Assembly: GCF_006345805.1 (NCBI RefSeq)
Contig: NC_043013.1
Coordinates: 4,092,001 to 4,156,000, forward strand
Source of the DNA: Octopus sinensis
Lineage: Eukaryota
Direction: 5' to 3'
DNA length: 64,000 bases
Part shown: positions 25,963-39,580 of the stretch, one piece after another
Position numbering within the stretch: the first letter of the stretch is position 1
Layout: every line of letters begins with the position of its first letter
Notes under the pieces: generated by a model
What the model was told of the DNA's origin: nothing
Seen by the model: the letters and a program-made list of their open reading frames with translations, nothing else
Databases searched by the model: none
Made by a program: the position numbers and the translations under genes

Positions 25963-27556
25963 TTCGGGTTACGTTAAGAAGCAGTCCACAATACCAGAAT
26001 TTCGAAGTTGAGTCAAATACGAAAACAAACAACACCAAATCGTTGTTAGGGTATCTACGTAAGTAGAGTATGGGCCGGCTAGTTTGTACTGGCATCAAGT
26101 TGCAACAATGGAAGTTGGAATAATGAAGTTCAAACAAAACAGCAATATTTCGAAATCATTTCACACGTACGTTTCAAGTCTACATGAAATAACAGGAAAT
26201 ACATCCATTACGTAAGAGCTTATTCAGTTAAACCATTTGGAAAAAAAAAAACATTTATAGGGGCTAATGCAAAGTGAGAGAGAAAATCGGATTACTGGTT
26301 TACTAGACTTGAAGCTATCAGCATTTTTTCAATATCATGCACTCAATAGACTGGAATTAACAAAATTTCTTAAGACACTTTTTAGTTCTGATTTCTGAGA
26401 AGAAAATGCATCAAGCATCCACTTCATGCTTCTTGAATCTGAAACTAACTACGATATTTAATTCATACACACGTTTGATTAATTGCAGTTATGTGTGTAT
26501 ATAAAAATAAATTAAAATGATTGTCATAATCTTTGTCACAGTAAATTTTGCTCGTATTTACAATAATAAATGAAGTTTATTGTTTGTTAAAAAGAAATTC
26601 ATGTATAGAAGATTTATAGGTTATTAAACGAGATGTACTCATTTCAAGAAAATATTTGTATATATGTACAATAGTGGGTTATTTTCAAGTTTATACGTTT
26701 TAAATCTTAGAGAATTATGCAGTCCTATATTGGCTAAATGAATGTCTTATGATAAATTGTTATAGTTAGAAAGTTTTCTCAAGTTTATACTATACTTTAA
26801 TCTTTAATTCATATTTCATTTTCTGTTCATGTAATGAAATTTTACTTCGCAGTCAGATGTTTTTTTTATTCAATTTCATAGTTAAAATTTACTTCATACT
26901 AAATAAGGATGTGTTATCAGTTGCTATAGAAAAATACAGTAACATTCATGCATTGAAATCTATTTGTCTGGAACATGAATCTCAATTGAGTGATATGTTA
27001 ATTGAACTTTCTATCCACCCAAAGCAGCCCTCAGAAACTATTCCAGAACAGGTATGGAGCAGAGAAATTATAACACCAAAAAAGAAAGTAATTTCCAGAA
27101 GGGAAAAAATAAAAGATAAAAAAACATAAAATGAAATATAAAGAAATGTTTCCGTTCACAAATCTTCTTGAAATCTCTTTGATGTTCCCTACCTTTCTAG
27201 TCCGTCTCACTGGGATAAATCTTAATTAACTGATCATTGCCCCAAACGTTTCACATTGCTAAATCTTAATTAAATACAAACACATTGACAACGTCAACTC
27301 TGTCAGTTTTAATAATTACTACAGGTGTCAGTTAATAAAACTGTAGGAGAAAGAGTTAAAAGCTGTGGAGATGGTAACGAGGGGAGGAGTGGGAGGAAAA
27401 AAGAAAAGAACAAAAGGACAGATAAACTACGAAAAAAGATGAGGAAGTGTAATAGGGAGAGAGAGTGGGAGGGGGAGGGGGAGAAAGCGAAGGACATAAA
27501 AGAAGAGAAAGGAGGAAAAAGTGAAGTAACAAAAAATAGATGGAACGAGAACAAGT

Positions 27557-27584
27557 GATATCTATCTATCTATCTATCTATCTA

Positions 27585-27655
<71 letters not shown>

Positions 27656-27662
27656 ATATCTG

Positions 27663-27713
<51 letters not shown>

Positions 27714-27726
27714 GTCTATCTATCTG

Positions 27727-27797
<71 letters not shown>

Positions 27798-27860
27798 CTC
27801 CCTCTCTCTCTCTATCTATCCATCTATTTATTTATACATCTATCGATTGATGTATCTATA
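27557..27860. repeat. (TATC)n microsatellite
   Basis: Direct reading. Confidence 0.95.
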
Positions 27861-28369
27861 TAAACACACATACGCAGATATGGAAACAAAAAGGCACCCA
27901 CAGACATACACACGTAATAATCTTCATGTGTATAAATACTTCGACTGAGAATATTTCTTCGTGCAAAGCAATTTAGCGAAAGGATTCAATAATATAAATA
28001 ATAATAATAACAGCAATGATTCTCATAGTCATGTATAGATGCAGTTAAAACGAAAGAACGATTAAAAATAAACTCAAGACACATATTTAAAATATCTTCA
28101 ATATTATCCAGTGTCACACGATATGTTTTTGCCATCAGGGCACAGCAGTGTATGATATGCTGACGGGTTTGTTAGTGGTCCTAAGCCTATCAAAAGTTCT
28201 GGAGTTAGCTTTATAACGACAGAAGATACAATGGAAGTATCACGAACAATTTGACAAGGATATGCCGAGTAAATTCCTTTGTTAGGGTGCTCAAATTTGC
28301 AGATGTCCAGATTAAGAAATTAAATTCAAGACTATCATAGAAGAATGAAATATAGAATCATGCAACATG

Positions 28370-28595
28370 ATATAATATAATATAATATAATATAATAATA
28401 TAATATAATATAATAGAATAGAATAGAATATATATATGATATAATATAATATAATATAATAGAATAGAATATATATATGATATAATATAATTTAAAATCA
28501 TGCGATATGAAATAATATAATATAATAGAATAGAATAGAATATATATATGATATGATGTAATATAAAATCATGCGATATGAAATAATATAATACA
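28370..28595. repeat. (ATATA)n/(ATAGA)n pentanucleotide array with higher-order duplication
   Basis: aaaatcatgcgatatgaaataatataat occurs twice (~28494, ~28565) within the array. Confidence 0.85.
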
Positions 28596-28630
28596 CACGT
28601 GCATGCATGAATCCATCCATACAGACATAC

Positions 28631-28682
28631 AGGCCAGATATTGTTGTTTGGGATAAACAAGAAAAAGTATGTGCAGTTGCGT
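28631..28682 (+). mobile_element. Tiny R4/Dong LINE endonuclease fragment
   Basis: RPDIVVWDKQEKVCAV, same motif as RPDIVVRNREEKKCFV at 43.4 kb. Confidence 0.5.
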
Positions 28683-29157
28683 TCGAAAATCAAAGCGGGT
28701 GATTACGAACAACTCCTTAGAAACGTCCAACTACTATATCTAGATTATGATTTCTTGTTTATACTAATAATAAATAGCGCCCTTGGTTTTGTTAGTAAAT
28801 GCCAAAAGGCCACTCTGGGAAAGTTAGGGTCTTCAGGAAAAGAAACCAACCAGCTAACACGCACATTATAAATGCAATCTGTAAGCGGAACAGTTAAAAT
28901 ATGCAAGATTTTCTCAAGTTTGAAATGTGACATTGTGTTTCTTATCTACTTCCAACAATTGAGCTCTGTATCACCGCTTAAAACCAGCTTCTTTCTTACA
29001 GGAAAGCCTCAAATAATCAAATATATTGAAAACAAAAACGTACATACACACACACATGCCGATATCCGTACACATACATACACATATATGTGTTTATATA
29101 CATATGTATGAAGGTATACACATATAAACATACACAGGCACATGACACTTGCAAATG

Positions 29158-29227
<70 letters not shown>

Positions 29228-29277
29228 ATACACACACACACACACAAAGTTTCGCAAGGAAAAATATATGGAAATAT

Positions 29278-29617
29278 AGGCACAAGGTCAGCAATCTCGG
29301 GGGAGGCGACTACTCGATTACCTCGACCCCAGTACTCAGCACAGAAAGGATGAAAAGCAAAGTCATCCTCAGCGGAATTTGAACTCAGAACATAAGGATA
29401 AACGAAATACCTATTTCTTTACTACCCACAAGAGGCTAAACACAGAGAGGACAAACAAGGACAGACCCCAGTGCGTAACTGGTACTTATTTAATCGACCC
29501 TGAAAGGATGAAAGGCAAAGTCGACCTCGGCGGAATTTGAACTCAGAACGTAGCGGCAGACGAAATACCTATTTCTATTTCTTTACTACCCACAAGGGGC
29601 TAAACACAGAGAGGACA
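29278..29617 (-). mobile_element. Head-to-tail concatemer of SINE family A pieces
   Basis: Two junctions cgaaatacc-tatttc..tttactacccacaag (29403-29430, 29562-29595). Confidence 0.8.
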
Positions 29618-30012
29618 AGCGATGATGAGGTGGAAAATTGACAAGAGGTTGAAAAGCCTCAGTGTTATAATGTGTAAGAGGCTCAGCGCTCATTTGTAAA
29701 TGGACTAATGTTGATTGTATATTGAATATTTTATTGTAAGTTATTGTATATTATTATTTGTAATGGTCTATTAAGTCCAATGATTGTAAAAACTCTAGTG
29801 AGAGGGTCAATACCTCGTTTTGTTTTTTTTTTCTGTTGGAAGAAAAGAAGAAGAATGTTTTAGAGAAGCAAAAAATCGGCGGCGGGCGTTATTTGTCTTC
29901 TCCCATCAATATAATTCTTTTTTTCTTTTTCTTCATCACTTGCCTCATCAATGTATGAGTCCAACCCGCAAACTACTCTTTGTAATGCCTTTATGGCAAA
30001 TCTTAATGAAAT

Positions 30013-30276
30013 AAAGTAGCTTGCTTACCAACCACATGGTTCCGGGTTCATTCCCACTGCGTGATACCTTGGGCATGTGTCTTCTACTATAGCCTCGGTC
30101 CGATCAAAGCCTTGCGAGTGGATTTGGTAGACGGAAACTGAAAGAAGCCGCTCTTGACCAGAAATGGCCTGAACTCTTTGCATGAATACCCTCACTGTAC
30201 ATAACTCCATGTCCCCCTACATGGCCTTGCTTTTCGCTTTTTGAGCCAAAAAATTAACTTAACATAACTATATGTA

Positions 30277-30334
<58 letters not shown>

Positions 30335-30390
30335 TGTAATTGTCCCCCAACATCGCTTGACAACAATGGTGGTGTGTTTACGTCCCCGTA
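30013..30390 (+). mobile_element. SINE family B (partial) interrupted by CR1 fragment
   Basis: Head and CORE-like part 30013-30150, microsatellite and 3' body resume after 30270. Confidence 0.85.
30151..30269 (+). mobile_element. Short 5'-truncated CR1 copy nested in SINE B
   Basis: Near-identical to reverse complement of 17393-17512 (cttgaccagaaatggcctgaactctttgcatga..ttaacttaac). Confidence 0.9.
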
Positions 30391-31719
30391 CTGAAATTTA
30401 TGAGATTTCGATGCGATCGAAGACACAAAAATAGGCAATGCGTATATACACCTATTTCAAGAATTATTGCTCTTTCTGCGGCACCACATCCAACCCATTG
30501 ACTATCCACGAATACATTGCATAAAATTTAAGCTTTAAATAACTACGTGCACAAAGAGGATAAATCATTATTTGCAGGATAAAGTGCTTATATATCTTTT
30601 ACTTGTTTCAATCATTGCACTGAAGTCATTCATTTCCTTGAATGACTATTTGCTATATATTTAATAGTTTGCTCTCCAAGCTTCATATACAGATATGTGG
30701 TTTAGAAAATTACTCTGCAAGCAGAGTACAAATATCCATTGTAAGCTAGCCTGATCTATGACAGATTTATATCTAGCCGAATGTTATATGCTATTGATTT
30801 GGGAAAGAAACCGTGTAAGTCTTCTCTAAGGAACCGTCAACTAATCGTGAAAAATGAGACTCAATCGTTTTCTTCCGCACATCAACAATATAAAATGAAT
30901 GTGCTTGCTGCATTATTAATTCATACAAAGGTGCATACCCAATCAGTATTAATGCTAAGGTAAATTTCTTTGTATGATTTTCTGAACCCATGAAATAAAT
31001 AAATACATACGTATGTGTGAGAGATGTGTTTGCATAATACTAGAGCTAACATAAAAATAACCATTTCTTTTAACAATTGTTTTAAATTTAGACTACAAAT
31101 TTGAGAGAAGCGGACTTGAGTTCAGACACAACCAACAGAAATATTACAAAGTATTTCCTGTGGGTGTCAAATGACTCTACCAAACCACTGTCATTTCTTT
31201 TAATAATATTAATAAAATAATATTAATAGAATAATAATTTTAACAACAGCTGGTACAATAGTAGCAGAGCTGGAAATATTGGTGTTAGCCACGATAGCAG
31301 TGAATTAAGAGAGATGATGGTGAAGAGGAGAAAGAGTTGGTGTTGATGAATGACAGTATTTGTAAGTGGAAGAGGGGTGGGATGGCGTCGGCGTCAATCA
31401 TTAATAATTTGCACGTTGGGACGGGTGGATCGAGTATTTCCTGTTTGTAAATGTTGAGGCGATGCCGATGTACTGTAGAGGCAGGCTCAGGTGAACCAAG
31501 TTCCCCTGTAAACGCGGCTAAGGTGTTTTAAAGAACTTTTGCCAGAACTAATTAACCCTCAAGTAAACGGTGGCTGTTTGGTCAAACTTTACCTGTAGAT
31601 CTAGCTTTTATAAAAAAGTGTATTTCAGAACGACCTTCTCTTTACTTAGCCGTTGGATAGCGATACGACCGACAGACCACACAAATTTTGGTGGTATTAA
31701 AATTTAAACCAAACATATA

Positions 31720-31767
31720 CACGGACACACACACACACACAATCACACACACACAAACATACATACA

Positions 31768-31801
<34 letters not shown>

Positions 31802-31879
31802 CACATATAATAGATACATACATATATGTATGTGTATATATATACACATATATATATATATAGGGAGAATATATTTGTG

Positions 31880-31912
<33 letters not shown>

Positions 31913-31946
31913 ATGCATATATATATATATATATATACACACATAC

Positions 31947-32010
<64 letters not shown>

Positions 32011-32158
32011 TATGTACACGTGCATACACATATGCGTATAGCTGGCAAAGGAGTAAACACACTATATACCCGATCTAATTTATAAAATCTATCTATCTAT
32101 CTATCTATACATACATACATACATACATTAAGTATATATCTATGTATATATATAATAT

Positions 32159-32202
<44 letters not shown>

Positions 32203-32250
32203 CATACATATACATATATGTATGTGCATGTATATATGTATGTATATATG
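31720..32250. repeat. (CA)/(CATA)/(TA) microsatellites
   Basis: Direct reading. Confidence 0.9.
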
Positions 32251-32479
32251 TATGTATGTATATACATCAATGTGTGTCTTTACATAAATCTAAACACACA
32301 TATGTTATGTATATTTCGCCAGTGTTACTGACATTCAGGTACATTGATAAAAGTAGAGGTTGCTTTATGTTTACCTGCCTATAATCTTATTAGCACAATC
32401 AATGAAGACTTCAACACGTCCAACAATGTTCTGAACACACGCTCAGTGGCAAACACATGCAAACACAAACATATACGTG

Positions 32480-32487
32480 TATACAAG

Positions 32488-32523
<36 letters not shown>

Positions 32524-33010
32524 TATATATATATATATATATCCTGTGTGTTTGTACTGTCTGTCTCTCTGTCTCTCTGTCTCCCTCTTACACAAAGACA
32601 CATATATATTCACGCACACAGACATTGCCACAAGCACATACATACACAGTTGGAAACCCTCGTATTTTAATGAAGACTTCTTAAGTACACATGTAAACAC
32701 GGACGTGAAATAAATGTACGGAAATAACTATCTCTGACTTAAAATAGACACACACACATACACACACACACACACGTACGCACGCACGCACGCACGCACG
32801 CACACCCACGCACATGCACACGAACAAGCAAACACACACACGCGCACATACACATATGTCTACATGTAATATATGCATGTATATATGAATATATATATTT
32901 AATATATATAAATATAAATATATATATATATGAATATATGAATATATATGGATATATATGTATATGAATATTATATATATGTATATATATATATATATAT
33001 ATAAATATGA

Positions 33011-33082
<72 letters not shown>

Positions 33083-33240
33083 GAATATATGAATATATAT
33101 GGATATACATGTATATGAATATATATATGTATATATGAATATGAATATATATGAATATATATATATATGGATATATATAAATATGAATATATATATATGA
33201 ATATATATGTATACATATATATACATATCATACATACATA

Positions 33241-33289
<49 letters not shown>

Positions 33290-33290
33290 T
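32480..33290. repeat. (CA)n and degenerate (TA)n/(ATATGA) arrays
   Basis: Direct reading. Confidence 0.9.
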
Positions 33291-33294
33291 CTTT

Positions 33295-33652
33295 TTTTCT
33301 TTATTCTTTTACTTGTTTCAGTCATTTGACTGCGGCCATGCTGGAGCACCACCTTTTAGTACTATTCTATCGGTCTCTTTTTGCCGAACCGCTAAGTGAC
33401 GGGACCTAAACACACCAGCATCGGTTGTCAAGCAATGCTAGGGGGACAAACACAGACACACAAACACACACACATATACATATATATACATATATACGAC
33501 AGGCTTCTTTCAGTTTCCGTCTACCAATCCACTCACAAGGCATTGGTCGGCCCGGGGCTATAGCAGAAGACACTTGCCCAAGATGCCACGCAGTGGGACT
33601 GAACCCGCAACCGTGTGGTTGGTTAGCAAGCTACTTACCACACAGCCACTCC
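33295..33652 (-). mobile_element. SINE family B with internal deletion
   Basis: cttttacttgtttcagtcatttgactgcggccatgctggagcacc..cttaccacacagccactcc. Confidence 0.9.
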
Positions 33653-33769
33653 TTATATATATATAAGCTGAAACATATCGAAGTATCTTTCAAACTGATA
33701 AAAGGCCATTATGAAAAGCTTCTTCATATTTTCACAGTTCAAGACAACACAAGCTAGAAAATCAGCAGC

Positions 33770-36700
33770 CACAACAACAACAACAACAGAATGAGCCACT
33801 CCTGGTTCCCAGCACAATGGCTGACGCTAACATCGGTCAAGCACAACAACAACAACAACAGCCACAGCAACAAGAACAACAACAGCCACTCCTCAACTCT
33901 AGCTACTAGATGATTCACTAATGCCAGTATCTTTTCACCGCTCTCACAGCAACCACCACAATTATCATCATCATCATCACCACCGCTGCCACCATCGTCT
34001 TCTATCACCAAAAATACCAACAGAAAACCAAATAAGAAACCACTGCTGCCCTCTTCCCCCACATCACCACCTCAATACTACTGCAGTAACAAAAACTTAA
34101 AGAAACATAGGAAGCAGAATGCGCCCCCCACGGCACAAACAAGAAATCCCCAAATATGCCGCTATTCACTGCGCCAGAGACTCTGCACAAATAGTGACTG
34201 CATCTTCACGCATCTACCCGGCACTAGACGCACTACCGGCCAAGGCCAAAGCACGCATCCCACAATAACATCAACACCACCAAATAGTAAATCGAAATTC
34301 AAAACACACAACTCGGAGTCCCAAAATCTGCCGGTATTCCCAACGTGAGAGAACATGTCTACTGAGTGACTGTCCCTTCACTCATCTTCCAGGGACCCGA
34401 CGCACAAACAGAAACGGGGCTTCAAGCCAACACACAAACCTGAATAAAAATAAAAATAGAAACACACCATGCTGCAGTAATGCTGGTCCAGTCTTTTCAG
34501 GAAGACACAAAAACAACAACAACAAAAGTGGAAACTACAACCCTATCAACAGTGCAACCACACCTCCAGCCAAAAACTGCTCCCTAAGCAGGAAAATTCT
34601 TTTTTAGCCATGTTGAACATGGCAAAAGAGATACACAAAAACATTCTAGCCATCACTCAACACCATCCTATGCTATTACCCCAGTGCACCAATCCCCACA
34701 TTGCTGCCACTAACACACACAAAAATCCAAGCCCCTTGCAACAGTCAAAACCAGCCACTACACTACCCTCCACATCCTACTCAATGCACAAGGTGTCAGC
34801 CCTTCCATCAATGCACAAAAATGGAAGGTCCAATTCATTGAAGACTGGGTTGGTAACCATTCACACCACATCCCTTTCTTCATTCTCACTGAGACCCACC
34901 TTGACAACTCCCACTTGGAAGCCGAAGTGAGAGTGAAGAATTTCACAACCATCCGCGCGGATCGTATCGGCAGGAGGAAGGGTGGAACTGCCATTTTCCT
35001 GCATGATTCATTTACGGCAGATGGAAATAGTATATTCTCCAACGGCTACTGTGAATCAGTCACCGTGCACAATAAGCCAATGACCTGACAGTAATTGGGC
35101 TCTATAGGCCGCGCCCCAAACACCCATACTGTGCTTTAAAGAATGCCTCAACAGCATTAAGTGCTTTATTCAACAGTGCCATTCTAGCAACATACTCATG
35201 ATGGGAGACTTCAATCTACCCTGTGTTGACTGGACTACAAACTGTTTGAAACCAAGCACTCCCGCCTCAACCACTGACAAAGAAGCAGCAGAGTCACTTT
35301 TCGACTTTACGAATGAGTTTTTCTTGTCCCAACTTGTCCTTGCACCAACAAGACATCAGAACATTTTGGACCTAGTGTTTAGTAACCACACTAACACTAT
35401 ACATAACGTTACAGTGGAAAAAACCCTTCTTTCAGACCATGACATGGTTCTCTGTAACATGAAATTCCACCAGCCGAAAGCTAATCCTAGTGACCTTCCT
35501 CCAGCCCACCCATTTGACAACATGGATCTCCATAAGCCAACTGGGATGCAATCAGGAACGAGCTATCAAATGTTGACTGGTCCTTTACACATACACACAT
35601 CTCCACCAACCATAAAACATCTTGGCAGATCTTTGTAGACACCGTCACAGACATATGTGCAAAACACTCCCCACCAAGACCTGTGAACAAAAAGTGCAGA
35701 ATCCCCCAAAACAGAAAAACCATTATCAGAAAAATAAAAAGAACAAACAAAAAAATTAACAAACTAAAGTACTGCCAACGCAACACACACATTCGACAGC
35801 TATCGCACTGCTTGAATCCAAAAAATATAACCTCCAACAATGCATGAAGACCCTCATCAATAACCAAAGATCAGCTGAGGAGAAGTGGACCATTGAAAAA
35901 ATCAAACTCAACCCCAAAGTGTTCTTTTCATTTGCGAGGAAACGCAGGGTCACTGTCTCCACTGTAGGCCCTCTAATTGACGAAACTGGCACTCTCCAAG
36001 ATAATGCCAAATCCATGGCCGAGATACTGCAGAAACAATACTGCTCTGTTTTCAGCAATCCTGATATGGCCGATCTGGGCTGTATCAGTGATGTCAACCC
36101 CCAACACACTATATCGGACATAACGTTTAGTGCCCCTGATGTCTTAGCGGCGATAAACGAAATAAAACACAATTCAGCAGTAGGCCCCGATAGGTTCCCT
36201 GCTTGTGTCCTGAAGGTGTGTCGACACCAACTTGCATCTCCCCTTGCTAATCTGTGGAGAAACTCACTGGATGCTGGCTATATTCCAAAAAACCTTCTGT
36301 CCCAGTCTGTTGTCCCAGTTTTCAAAAAGGGAAACAAGTCCCTTGCAGTGAATTACCGTCCGATCTCACTCACCTCTCATATCATCAAGGTATTTGAGAG
36401 GGTGGTGAGATCTCGAATAACCCAATTTCTGGAAAGCAACAGACGGCTGATCTCCAACCAACATGGGTTCCGTAATGGAAGGGACTGCCTAACGCAGCTC
36501 CTGCATCACTTTGAGGACATTTTGAGAGCTTTGGGAGAGGGCTCCAACACCGATGTCATCTACCTTGATTTCAGTAAGGCCTTCGACAGGGTCGATCACA
36601 AGATCCTATTGAAAAAACTATCCAACATTGGTGTCTCTGGAAAGTTACTGAAATGGATCAAGTGTTTCCTGACAGACAGATCTCAACATGTTGTAGTTGA

Positions 36701-37799
36701 AGGGGTAAAATCAAGCCCAGCCAAAGTCAGTAGTGGCGTTCCGCAAGGCACTGTGCTGGGCCCACTTCTTTTCATCATTTACATTAATGACATTAATGAC
36801 ATCATCAAGCACAGCAACATAAAAATCTTTGCAGATGACTCCAAGCTACAGAAGGTCATAAATGAGGCGAGTGACCGGACATGCCTTCAGTCAGATCTAC
36901 TGGCTGTTATCCAATGGGCAGAAAAAAACAATATGCTGCTGAACGAGGATAAATTTGAGCTAATCCACTTTGGAAAAGAGGATGCCCTGAAATTCCCATA
37001 CTCCCTTCCTTCAGGTGAAACTCTCGCGGCGTCCAACAACATCAGAGACCTGGGAGTAATTGTGGACAACAACATAAGCTGGGCCACTCATATAAACACC
37101 AAAGTTGACATGGCCCGCAGAATGTGTTCCTGGATTCTCAGAACTTTCCAGTCGAGAGATATCCACACCATTATCCTTCTCTTCTCCACTTTTGTTCGAC
37201 CCCACCTTGAATACTGTTGTCCACTGTGGTCTCCCCACACAATACAAGGTATCATAAAAGTTGAAGCACCTCAAAGGGCAATCACAAAAAGATAGATGGC
37301 ATGACAGGCCTCGACTATTGGGGTCGACTAGAAAAGCTAAAACTCTATTCTCTCCAACGTCGTCGTGAGTGCTACATCATCTGCATGATGTGGAAAATAT
37401 TCCATCAGCATTGCCCAAATGATGTTGGCATCACCTTTAAGGTACATCCAAGGCTTGGGCCCCGTGCCATCCGCCCAAAACAAAAATCGCACTCTCATCT
37501 CATAACAACAATACGGCACAATTATTTCACCTCAATTGGCCCCGCTCTCTTTAACATTACACCAAAACACATTAAAACAGAAACTGACCCTATAGGGTTC
37601 AAGAAGTCTTTGGACAGATTCCTTCAAGAAATCCCGGATAAACCCCCTACACCCGGATATGTCTCTGTAAACAATAACTCTCTACTTGAGTGGGCCATAG
37701 TGCCCAAATTCTGACTTGAAAGACTTCACCAGGTGGTGCTATTAAGTTAGACATGGCCTGGGCCAATAATGGCCGAAACCTATCAAAGTATCAAAGTAT
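33770..37799 (+). mobile_element. Near full-length CR1-group LINE (CCCH finger, APE endonuclease, RT), several frameshifts
   Basis: CCCH at 34157-34213; APE motifs LLNAQG, ILTETHL, MGDFNLP, ILDLVFSN, SDH; RT motifs YRPISLTS, YLDFSKAFDRV, QGTVLGP, FADD; 3' end ggccgaaacc(tatcaaag)2. Confidence 0.92.
35844..37295 (+). pseudogene. LINE reverse transcriptase (open stretch of ORF2; continues 37301-37714 after a 1-nt deletion)
   Basis: 483-aa ORF with RT domains; ITKK-IDGMTGLDYW is restored by adding one A to the A-run at ~37287-37291. Confidence 0.9.
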
Positions 37800-38035
37800 A
37801 TATATATACATATGAATACATGAATATATATATATATATGAATATATATGAATATATATGTATATATATGAATATATATGAATATATATGTATATATATA
37901 TACACACACATGTGTACATGTAATATAATGACCCTTTATATGTATATATATTAGCTATATTAAGGGCTATTGCTATAAGTAAACGCCTCATTCTGTAATG
38001 GGACTCTAAAATCCAACTACTACAATATACTGAAG

Positions 38036-38115
<80 letters not shown>
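37795..38115. repeat. (TA)n/(ATATGA) microsatellite
   Basis: Direct reading. Confidence 0.9.
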
Positions 38116-38555
38116 AGTCGGAGTTGTAACAGTATGCGATAAGAAGCTCGCTTCAACATCTAGGGTCCTTAGGATCAGTGCTAGTGCGCAGCATGCTTAG
38201 CAAGAGACTTCTATCATTGTTCCTGGTCAAATAATAACATGTGTGCAAATTTACTAGACACAACAAACTACGTAGAAACCCGTCGCATGTGTGATTGATT
38301 GTATACCTGCGTATACCTGTGTGCATGTCTGTGTTTGAATTCGTCTATGTTGGTTGTTTATGTTTTTGGAAACTAGTGAATCGTCGAAAAGAAACAAATA
38401 AAATAATTACCAGACCTTGAAACATAGGCACTTGGATTGATTCGCTTGACTGAAACCCTCAAAAGCAACTCCTAACTATGGAGCATCTCCTTCAAAGGAT
38501 TTTACCTGTGAAATATTATATCGCACAAACATGAACATGTATACATATACATGCA

Positions 38556-38644
<89 letters not shown>

Positions 38645-38678
38645 ATATATATATATATATATACATACATACACACAT

Positions 38679-38724
<46 letters not shown>

Positions 38725-38725
<1 letters not shown>

Positions 38726-38834
38726 GGCACAAGCGTGGCTCCGCAACTACAGGGTCTGGGTTCAGTCCCTCTGCATGGCACCTTGGACAAGTGTCTTCTA
38801 CTATAGCCTCGGGCAAAAACTAAAAGAAGCCCGT

Positions 38835-38873
<39 letters not shown>

Positions 38874-39105
38874 GCGTCTGTGCGTATGTGTTTGTGTGTG
38901 TGTGTTTGTCCTCCCAACATCGTCTCACAACCAATGCTGGTGTGTTTACGTTCCCGTAACATAGCGGTTCGGCAAAGACACCGATAGAATGAGTACTAGG
39001 TTAAGAAAGAATAAGTCCTGGGGTCGATTTATTCGCCTAAAGGCGGTTCTCCAGCATGGCCACAGACAAATGACTGAAACAAGTAAAAGAATAAAGCAAT
39101 AAAAG
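38725..39105 (+). mobile_element. SINE family B
   Basis: ggcacaagcgtggct..gggttcagtccctctgcatggcaccttggacaagtg..ccagcatggccacagacaaatgactgaaacaagtaaaaga. Confidence 0.85.
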
Positions 39106-39118
39106 AATACACACACAG

Positions 39119-39437
39119 AGGAAATAGTGGCACAACAAGGTACCAATTATTGCTGGAAATAGCAGTCGATAGCCGTTCGACTTTAGGTAAAGCTCCTGAA
39201 TGTATAGAGGCAAAGATGTGTTCGGGCGGCGACTATAAACATTTCCGTCTCACCTCAAGGAACGTCAGGTTGTCCATTTTCCCGTCGTTCTTCCGAGAGG
39301 TTAGACGCAATTTTTTTATATTCACATCCCGCACACATCTTTGCTTCTTTACATTCAGTGAAGCTGTACCTAGCGTCGAACGATTATCGACTGCTATTTC
39401 CAGCAAAAATTGGTACCTTGTTGTGCCACTGTTTCCT
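39119..39437. mobile_element. Foldback MITE with ~100-bp imperfect TIRs
   Basis: aggaaatagtggcacaacaaggtaccaatt.. vs ..aattggtaccttgttgtgccactgtttcct; no clear TSD. Confidence 0.8.
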
Positions 39438-39512
39438 ACTTATAATTCTACCTTTACGAGGTTTCATTTTGCTGGAAAATAATATCATGGTATTGTAATA
39501 TGTATATATATA

Positions 39513-39570
<58 letters not shown>

Positions 39571-39580
39571 GTATATATAT

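Noticed and set aside
26857-27129. 90-aa ORF in AT-rich unique sequence
   Set aside because: No recognisable domain, biased composition, no supporting splice structure
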